20,000 bases of DNA from Sarea resinae (lineage: Eukaryota). This document shows, piece after piece, positions 11,508 through 20,000 of this stretch. The position numbers and the translations under genes were made by a program. Position 1 is the first letter of the stretch. Every line of letters starts with the position of its first letter. The stretch covers positions 179,305 through 199,304 of the forward strand of contig JAPEUD010000047.1 of the NCBI GenBank assembly GCA_026026165.1, written 5' to 3'. The notes beneath the pieces were generated by a model. The model was given only the letters and a program-made list of their open reading frames with translations, did no database searches and was not told the DNA's origin.

Positions 11508-12507
11508 GTTGATGGACTGAGTGGAAGTATGTAGATGTATACTTCGATTTGGTAGGTGATCAGTGATTTTGGAAGTAGTGAGAATCTGAAAGATAAGACG
11601 GTTGGAAGAGAGCCTGGTGCGTTTCCTTTGCCTGAGTCTTTCTGCTGGATTCCTGTGTCCAGATTCACTGGATTGAACATGCCACCAAACCCCCTTATAT
11701 ACACTTCGCTCCTTGCCTGCTCTGAATCCCCTGACCTACATTACCCAGGTTCCTAATACGGAATGGCTCATTCCAATCCCACATGGAAATGCTTTTCGGC
11801 CCTGACTGGAGCCGACAGGCAGCCTGGTAAAGCTTGGGGCTTCAACGTCGAAGTCTCACATTTGAGATCCGGGTTCTAGGAGCATGAAGTGCTGTGCTGC
11901 ACGGTTGACCTGCAGCATGCATGTATGCAGTCCAGATGGCTCCCATGTTCGCGGCTAGATCTTCCACTCTGCCAGCACAGCCGTTGCCGTGCAGATACTT
12001 TGCCTAGGTATTCATCATAGGAATACGAAGTCGCGTCCAGATTTTGGATGGCCATACATTGATTTTCATTCTTTTGCGGGGAGAAGGGGTAGGGGCTATG
12101 TTTGTGTGCGACACAGAGAGCGTAGAGGGCAGGCAGACAGCTGAGCCGGAGGCAATAGGCAATAGACATCAAAGAAAAAGACTTCGTAGTCTTTGTTATG
12201 GCTGCATTCGGTGGAGACAGGGAGACAAAATGAGCAATGGAAAAGGTATCCTAGTGGTCGTGGCCCTCCCTCTCTTGCTGTTGGCTTGATGCCGTCCCTT
12301 GTCATGCGGTGTGGGGGAGTTGGCGTAAATATAAAGCTCGACATATATCTATCTAGGTGAGATAGCCTAACCCAGCTCAGTAGTTGGTTAACACTCAAAC
12401 GCTTCTTTTGCGAACTCAGGAGAGCTAGAAGCCCGAAAGATGTGAGGTCAAGCTACCTATTGTAGAGAAATCTCCTTCGTATGGGCCATTGATCTAATCA
12501 TTTGACA

Positions 12508-12534
12508 ACTACTACGTAGTATATACGTAGTAGT
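12508..12534. repeat. 11-bp perfect inverted repeat ACTACTACGTA-GTATA-TACGTAGTAGT
   Basis: Arms at 12508-12518 and 12524-12534 are exact reverse complements. It lies in the intergenic region between the opsin 3' end and the small secreted protein promoter. Confidence 0.85.
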
Positions 12535-13561
12535 ATGACTACTAGGTTCAATTGGCGGTAAGTTAGGCGACTAGGCGTCCGAAGGATAAGGCATGATTGT
12601 TACAGGGTCAAAAGAATGATGTCAAGGGTACCCATCTTATGTGAGTCTGATTTGGTACACAGTAGCCATTGTTGCACAACACCGTCGGAGCATGCAGGTG
12701 GATTTATGTTAGTAATTGACTACCATGTAAGGCTGGCCGCTCTCCGCGAAACATGAATGAGGAACTTGATTACAATACATCACAGTATGTGAGTTGGGTC
12801 TGGCGGGCTCAACCGAGCTTGGGCTTTTTGCATGGCTAGGTAGATATCATGTTGGAATTAGCGGCCACGTCTATCAGGAAGATTAAGAGCTGCCAGTGCA
12901 TTTCTTGTTTGGACGGATTTATGATAATCATGATATAGAGCCCAGCTCCGTTCTTGGCGACATTGCATGCTCATTGATAGCTAGAGACAGTAATCCACCT
13001 ACCTAGGTATGATGGTAAGTTGGATCATCTCGTTTATGCGCAATCATTCAGTTCCAACAGCTCGATTTGAGCCGCTATCGTCGAGGAAACCAAGACGTGG
13101 CGTGTAACAGTTGACATTCATGCATTTGTTTTAAAGCCGAAATAGTTAGACAGCTGGAGACTACCGGCTTCTCTTTAATTGCAAGTCCTATTGATCTTCA
13201 TTTTCCCTTGAAGCGGCTGCAAATTGGGGACTTGGCGTGCATCAAGGATTGGACGTCTCTTTATTTCGTGACACCAGAGACATACATACTGCATTCGTAC
13301 TAAGCAAAGCATGCACCCATAGCCTCAATGCACGAGGAGGAAAAGACAAATTATGTAACAGATGTCTGGAGTAAAGAATCGGGAAAACCATTACACCAGC
13401 ATGCTCCGGAAGAAAGCACTACGCATAGTCGATTTTTTTCACCTCCGGTATCATGCATCATTTTTGATTGCCGTAAAACGCAGCACATTTTCAGTTGCAA
13501 GAAGTCTTCACCACTTCCGTAACCATATGCTGCTCGGTTCTGATGATCATTCAGAAAGAGA

Positions 13562-14681
13562 CTACGCCCCCTCTTCATCACCAACGCGGATGGTGCCTTC
13601 GCGGGATCCCAGACCATAGGACCAGAAACCTTCGATGGAGGCATTACTAGAACATGTCAGCTACTTCCTAACTATATACTGAACATGTACTTACGTCGAC
13701 GGTAACGTAGCATGGGTGAAGAGCAGCCAGAAGCCGAAACAAGGCTTGGCCAGTACATCCAGTACAGCGTAAGCGATAATTTCCTGGTCGACGCTCAAAT
13801 GCCGAGACCCATCACCGACGCCCCAGACACTACTTCGAATTAGAGACGACTTCTTCAAGGTGTGAAGTAGGGAGCTTACACTGGGTATACGGTCCAAATG
13901 ATCAAGGTAAAACCTCCGATTGCGGTGAAAAAGTTTCCGGTCTTTGAGTCTTTGGCCATTGCAGATGAGCGACCAGACACTGCTAACTGGTAGATGATGA
14001 CAAGGTAGGCGATGCAAGCAATGGCATAGTAACCCCATTTTTGACCGTCGGTTGAGCCGAACGCAGCAAACAGGCCGGTCAAGATCATTACAACGTCTGC
14101 CACAACAGCCACAAGAATGCTGGCACCATTGAGGCCGGCGATGAAAGCAAGATCCAAGAGTAGAAGTGGCGTGGTGACACTCCAGTCCACATATCTAGCC
14201 CAAAAGACCTGGCGGTAAAGATCGGTTGCCGTATCAGGAACATGCTTGTGGGACTCCTTGATCACGAAATGGGCGAGAGAATTGCCGTCACCGCTAGCCA
14301 TGGCGAAGTATGAAATGGCTGCGAATGCGGTGATGAAGGTGGTGAGAACGTGGAATAGACGTTTTTGCTATTCATTGTTAATTTAACCGTATGTTGCTTC
14401 GAGAAGATGAACTTACGACAGGGACACGCCATGCCAAAGCCGTGAACGCAATGGTAGAGAGAAGCATGATCACGAAGACCACCCTATTGAGGTCAGCTTT
14501 GAAAACAATTGCCCCGGCGAATGACGTCGACATACCAGAGCGTCTTCTTGCCGGCATCTCCAACCAATTCATAAGCTTTGGATGGAGAAGGGACCACGGT
14601 GGGAATAGGAGCAACATGACTCGACGACGAGGTCGGGACGAGCAAGCTGCTCGTCTTCAGAGCATCGACGGGGTTGATCAT
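13562..14681 (-). CDS. nop-1: Fungal microbial (type I) rhodopsin, NOP-1/Leptosphaeria-rhodopsin-like; exons 14681-14536, 14483-14417, 14367-13880, 13829-13695, 13646-13562 (306 aa)
   Basis: Helix C reads WARYVDWSVTTPLLLLDL, helix F reads WTVYPVVWGVGDG, and helix G reads EIIAYAVLDVLAKPCFGFWLL with the retinal-binding Lys. The C-terminus is IEGFWSYGLGSREGTIRVGDEEGA. Four canonical 48-52 nt introns have consistent phases. Confidence 0.97.
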
Positions 14682-15047
14682 TGTGGTAGTTCTGATGATG
14701 CTGTGGTTGTTGGATACGATATTCTTCGTCGAATGAATGAGGTGAAACAAAACAGAAGAGGATTGGAGAGTTCGTAGAAATAGAGGAAGCCTGGCACTAC
14801 TGGAATGCCCTTGAGCGGGGTTGGGGTTGTAAATGTATTAGTCCTGGGTAAAGTAAGGTAAGGTAGTAGCAGTGCACATCAATTTGGTTGATGAGTACCT
14901 GTTTTGCCCGTTGCGCTTTACCAGAGCTGGATTCGTGACGTAGTACAATCGTCTCACTCACGCGTCGTCACCTCATAACAGCCAGTGAATGGATGGATGC
15001 CTTGGCTGTTGCTTGCGCAACGACCTCTTCGGGATTGAGAACTCTCT

Positions 15048-15072
15048 GTACGAAGTGGGCAGTACTTCGTAC
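15048..15072. repeat. 9-bp perfect inverted repeat GTACGAAGT-N7-ACTTCGTAC upstream of the opsin
   Basis: Arms at 15048-15056 and 15064-15072 are exact reverse complements. Confidence 0.8.
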
Positions 15073-15640
15073 CTCTTCATACATGGTCGAGTCTATCATT
15101 GCCGGCCTGCGTCCGCCTTCAGATTCGTAGGCCATTGGTAGACGAGGAATCTGGCACCAGAAAACTTCACTACAATGGAGTTGAGGAGCGGGAAGATCGG
15201 GATCTGGAGGAGAAATGCATCTAGTTCTACATCGTGTCTGAAGATCGTATCCCGATTGGGTAGCAAGCTCTCCCGGACCGTCCGACGAGACCGACGAGTT
15301 TCTCCAGCGATCGGCTTCTCGGGCGTGTCAAAAGTCTACGAACGGCGCAGGAGTATGTACCAGGTTGGTATCGACTGGAAGAATCAATCATGGTGGAGTC
15401 ATTGTTAGATATCTCTCCACGTTGTTGACGACGATCCACTATGGTGAGTCTTCCTTGAGCTGTGGCTGCAGTTGCCCCTCGATCGCCATGGATCTCTCTG
15501 CCCGACCCCTGCGATGTGATGATCTCAGCTTTGTCATGCACCTCCACGGGCGGCAATCCCCACCTCTCGCTAAGTCCACCAAGCAAGAGGGTGTGCTTGG
15601 GATGGATCGATGTTATGTGCCAGCCTCCCTGCTCCGGAGT

Positions 15641-16803
15641 ACCTTGAGATTCGCAGGCGTTCCCCAAGGGTTCACGAATCGATACGAAGTAAATCCATGA
15701 ATAGATTCGAAGCAATCAGGTGAGTATCTCGCAGAACGAGGCGTAACGATTCCTGTCGAAGCAGGTCTTCCCGTCCACATGATCTATAAAGTAACTCTGT
15801 ACTTGAAAGTTGAGGCTGGCACGGCTCCCGTTCCTGGAGGCCATACAACTTCGGGAGAGACGTGCCACAGTAGAAACTGATGTGGCTGCCACCGGAGACA
15901 AACTCAAGATCAACATCATGATCATGGATCCGAGACTGCCAGCCAATTCAATTGTGATCGGAATACCACCACCTCATCCACTCTTGGCCTCTTTTCCGGC
16001 TGCTTACGATGGCGGACTCCTGGAATACAAGGTGACCAGAATTGCCTTGAGTTCAGTAAAGCTCTTTACCAAGAGGTAACTTGCGGTTACGATTGTGACT
16101 TGCACGTTGCACATCATCTAGGACCCCATCGCACTCGACGATGGCGGTTCTCCTGTTGAACACGTGCTGCTTGCCAGCTCTGCACGTGTGTGCAACGGCA
16201 GTCAAGGTGTTGGAACATCAAATGCGCAGCGAAAAATCCTAAGGCTTTTGATGTCGGTGGTCGTCACTTCGCCATGGATTTGAGGAACGAGGCTGCGACT
16301 ACAAAGTAGGCGGAGCGCACACTTGGCGATAATTACACATCAATACCTACCTTACCTACACTGCCTTGTCTACCTCTCTTCTCTTAAGCCTGGCAGAATC
16401 CTGAATGACGTCCTGAGGGTCTTCTTATCGCAAGCGAAAGGCGGTCCCGCTATCATGAGTGGTTCGGGAGTCGATATGATTAGGTAGTGGATCGCATTTG
16501 ACTCTCCTCTCGGCCTCATGAGGAATCGCCGCGCCTCTAGTACGAGCATCAAAAAAAAAGGCTCAAGTGGAGGAGGGGCGGGGCGGGGCGGAGATCTTGA
16601 TTCCAAGTCACTTCTCGGTCTGTCCAAGGCGGAGGAGTGACTTGTTTCCTCCCTTCGGTACGGGAGGAACGCGTGGACTACGAACCAATGAGGGCGCTCT
16701 GAAATGAATTGGTGGGGTCTTGGAAAACTACCCATCAAGGGACTCGGTTTCGAGCAATGTGCGCTCGCTGCACCCACAAGGTGCCCACGCACAAGGCGCC
16801 AGG
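15641..16803. promoter_or_regulatory. Cluster of ZafA/Zap1-type zinc-response cores (CAAGGT) and PacC-type sites (GCCAGG) upstream of the ZIP transporter
   Basis: CAAGGT occurs at 16028-16033, 16203-16208, 16777-16782 (ACCCACAAGGTGCCC) and on the minus strand at 15641-15646. Near-matches CAAGGG and CAAGGC flank 16777. GCCAGG occurs at 16798-16803 and on the minus strand at 16389-16394. CARGGT and GCCARG are the known Aspergillus ZafA and PacC cores. Confidence 0.6.
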
Positions 16804-17100
16804 GCCGGCCTAACCGTCGCCCATTGCGTGCTGGCAATTCTCCAACGGCACACTTGACTTAATATCAGTCTTTCCCTCGCATGCTTGTGGCCGCTTCCAA
16901 CATAACACCAAAGGAATTGTGCCGCCTAGTCGTCAATTTGAGATTCGAGAAGCCTTCCCAAGCCGGCCTCCTTGTTAATCACCCAGTCCGTCAATCTTCA
17001 TCTGCGTATTGTCCGGCATTTCATCTCCCGGAGCCTGCGGTTGCGGCTCTTCGGGCCTTGTCCCCCCGAGCACGGTGGACCTGAGCCCTGAAGATCAGCT

Positions 17101-18822
17101 ATGGCGGATCTCAATGAGCTAGTCTATCTGGTCGCGCGACAGGCGGCCGATGGAGTGAACTCTACGACGAACGGGACGGCCGTCTTACCGGATGCTCACC
17201 CTTCCTGTGATGATGGGAATGGCTACAATGGGAAGATGGGCTTGAGAGTGTCCTCGATATTTGTTATCCTCGTGGGATCTGTATTTGGTGAGTTCAGGTC
17301 TACGGGCTGCGCCAGTGTCTTCTAACATACTCTGCCAGGTGCCGTCTTTCCTGTCTTTGCAAACCGCCATCAAGGGGTCGGCGTACCGGACTGGGCATTC
17401 TTCATTGCAAAATATTTTGGCTCAGGCGTCATCATTGCTACGGCTTTCATTCATGTAAGTTTCTCATCTCCCGTCATCTTCTAGTCCTTCGCCTCCACCG
17501 CAAACGCAGCCACTACGAGGGGTTCCATTCCCTGCATACCGCACAAGTGCTTCATTTGGTTGGATCAGTCAAGCGTTTTCGAGTTATTGCCTGGAAGACC
17601 AGTACAGCCTACCGCTAGTAGTTGACTTTATGTCTTGCATTCATGGCAAATGGTTTTCTCGGAATCTATACATAAGCCATGCATCTATCTTTCAGTGCCC
17701 ATCATGCAGTCTTGGATGCGTAAGCGTTGCAGCCATCATTGCAAATGGCTTGGCACTGCTATAGAGGCCTTCTCATGGATCTTATGCTCTTCTACTACAT
17801 TTCTCAATTCTCAACGGTGCTGCAGACGAAGATATACGTCTCAATGCTCATATTTGCACTCTGGTCTTGCTTCGCTCACATCATCGATCGGATAGCTAAT
17901 CATCGTAAAGCTTCTAGCACCCGCAAATGACGCCCTCAAAAATCCATGCCTCACAGGCCCTATTAACTCATACGACTGGGTGGAAGGCATTGCCCTCATG
18001 ACGATATTTGTTCTATTCTTCGTAGAGCTTATGGCTATGCGATGGGCCACCTTTGCCGATCTTGAGGATCATCCTGATCAATTAGAGAGGGACAAGGCAC
18101 TCCAGCTTTTAGACAAGGATCTGACAGTAGAGGTCCACAGCCATCTTCAATCCCAGCAATCACATCATCATCATCATACCCCTGGAGACGACCATCTCGG
18201 ACATTCAAGAGAGCACACTGATGTCGAAGCCCCACAACCCGCCGATGAGCCTCCGCTAGTACCCGAGGGATACGCAGCGCAAATGACAGCCATCTTCATC
18301 CTCGAATTCGGTGTCGTCTTCCATTCTATATTTGTTGGCCTTACGCTGGCAGTATCAGGGAAGGAATTCGATACTCTGTACGTTGTATTGGTCTTTCATC
18401 AAACTTTCGAGGGGTTGGGGTTAGGGTCAAGACTTGCTGTTGCTCCCTGGCCTCGCTCGAAGAGATGGACGCCCTACATCCTTGCTTTGGCATACGGATT
18501 TAGTACTCCCATAGCTATCGCCATTGGGTTGGGTGTTCGTCGGTCGTACCCTCCCGGATCACAGACAACGCTGATCGTCAATGGGGTCTTCGATTCGATA
18601 AGCGCGGGAATTTTGATATACACCGGACTGGTGGAGCTGCTGGCGCACGAGTTCATGTTCAGCGAATTCATGAGAAGAGCAAAGGCGAGCGTGGTCTTGA
18701 CCGCCTTTGGGCTGGTTTGCTTAGGTGCAGGTGAGTGATCCAGTACATCCATTGCTCTTCTCGTTCGGGCGACGCTGATTCTTCAAACAGGGCTTATGGC
18801 GCTTCTGGGTAAATGGGCATGA
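17101..18822 (+). CDS. zrfB: ZIP-family plasma-membrane zinc transporter (ZrfB/Zrt2-like); exons 17101-17287, 17339-17454, 17911-18730, 18791-18822 (384 aa)
   Basis: Motifs CDDGNGYNGKMGLRVSSIFVIL, AKYFGSGVIIATAFIH|LLAPA..NPCL, a His-rich loop SHHHHHTPGDDHLGHSREH, ILEFGVVFHSIFVGLTL, VFHQTFEGLGLGSRL, DSISAGILIYTGLVELLAHEF and the LMALLGKWA* terminus. Three introns have consistent phases. Confidence 0.96.
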
Positions 18823-19491
18823 CGGTTCACTTTCGTTTGGGATCATGTAGAGGCGTTTTTATGAACGGACCAACTCGCTAGTAAATAACGTCCAATGTAC
18901 GCCGCCGTGACGGTATGAAGTAAATAGAGGCATTCACGACTACCATGAATATAAGTATCCCGGAATATGTTAAATTTGCATCAATGTGTCTCGCACACAT
19001 GCATGGAATCTAGGAATCGTTCGTAGGTCGTAATACCTATCGGAATGACTCGATACGATCCATGGAATTGATCCCGGCCAAACATCACTTTTAACGGCCG
19101 CGCGACGTAAAATCGAATTGCTCCCAGGAACAGAATTGGACTATTCAACATTAATTTTACAATGGCAGCCAGGGGAGACACCTACTGTGGTAGAGAAGGT
19201 CGCTTTTGCGGGGATGCTGGCCCACCCTGTCCTTGTCTCCACTGTTGTCGCATGCTCAATCGCTGCGACTCATCCCAGATCACGGCAAATACGACAGCAA
19301 TTCATTGGCTGGTCGCTTGGAGTGGTATCATGACTGTCAGGACCCAGGGTCGTGATGACTACCATCACGCAGATCTGCAGTCCGGTTTAGTGTGCATATT
19401 CGTGGCAACTCGCCGTTGATTTAGTCCTCAAAGCTGTGTTCCTTGTTGTTCTGTCTTCAATAGTCTTCCCGCAAGTTTGCTGTTTGATGCA

Positions 19492-20000
19492 ATGGCCGGA
19501 CTTGGTTCTCGTGAGCAGGCAGCTGTCCCCGAAGTAACTACGCCTGGTGTTCCTTTACGGTTGATGAGACTACGGTATCGCTGATTGGTCAAGGACACCA
19601 AATACGATGCGGACTCGACTTATAGCAGCAGCGAATTGTTTTGCACCCCAGATCAAATGCCTGGTAGAAGCCGTGGGCTGACATCTTCTAAAGGTCAAGC
19701 TATGCCACATCCCTGAGCTCTAGTGTGGCAAACCACACCTGGGAAAACGGTCGCCGTTTTCATAGCTACAAAGCTGGGAGTATGTTGCCCGGCAGCTCTC
19801 TCAAACTTTACATCTAAGGAACTTCAGGTTATGAATTCCCAAACGATGAATCGGAACAAGAAAGACTCGATCTATGCCATCACGTCATAACAACTTTGCT
19901 GGATGGAAAGCTTTACCTCGCGCCTATCGAAGACAATCCTAATCGCGTGATTGACTTGGGCTGCGGGACTGGGACGTGGGCTATCGAAATGGGTATGTTG
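19492..20000 (+). CDS. LaeA-like (class I SAM-dependent) methyltransferase, 5' part, runs off the window; exons 19492-19533, 19594-19637, 19694-19779, 19828-19992
   Basis: Spliced translation MAGLGSREQAAVPE|DTKYDADSTYSSSEL|SSYATSLSSSVANHTWENGRRFHSYKAGS|YEFPNDESEQERLDLCHH..GKLYLAPIEDNPNRVIDLGCGTGTWAIEM. It has the ENGR.(Y/F)H, PNDE.EQ.RLD and DLGCGTG SAM motif-I signatures. The ORF track misses it because the exons are short. Confidence 0.92.

Noticed and set aside
12400..13300. Transposon or MITE remnant around the TACGTAGTA palindrome
   Set aside because: No terminal inverted repeats, target-site duplication or transposase fragment seen. Such short TAC/GTA palindromes are common in fungal intergenic DNA.
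15175..16837. Several 60-160 aa ORFs between the opsin and ZIP genes
   Set aside because: They overlap on both strands, show no family motifs or coherent splice model, and the region is better explained as promoter.
17455..17910. TPP riboswitch in the long ZIP intron
   Set aside because: The conserved TGAGA and CTGA(T)..GTAATRC..GCG TPP aptamer motifs are not evident, and the host gene is unrelated to thiamine.

Overview
Intron-rich genomic DNA from a filamentous ascomycete (Pezizomycotina-type GT..AG introns with CTRAY branch sites). I hand-spliced eight protein-coding genes: a BolA-family protein (+), 40S ribosomal protein S2/uS5 (+), a large low-complexity hypothetical protein (-), a conserved-looking hypothetical protein (+), a 102-aa secreted Thr-rich 4-Cys protein that the ORF track does not show intact (-), a DTD-motif fungal rhodopsin (-), a divergently transcribed ZIP zinc transporter of ZrfB/Zrt2 type (+) with ZafA-like CAAGGT promoter motifs, and the 5' part of a LaeA-like SAM methyltransferase (+). 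The most unusual observation is the 456-nt second intron of the zinc transporter. It contains an AG/GT-bounded, frame-preserving 24-nt candidate micro-exon encoding CPSCSLGC. Two genes also have homopolymer-associated apparent frameshifts near their 3' ends. No rRNA, tRNA, CRISPR array or recognisable transposon was seen. All family assignments come from motif recognition, not from database searches.
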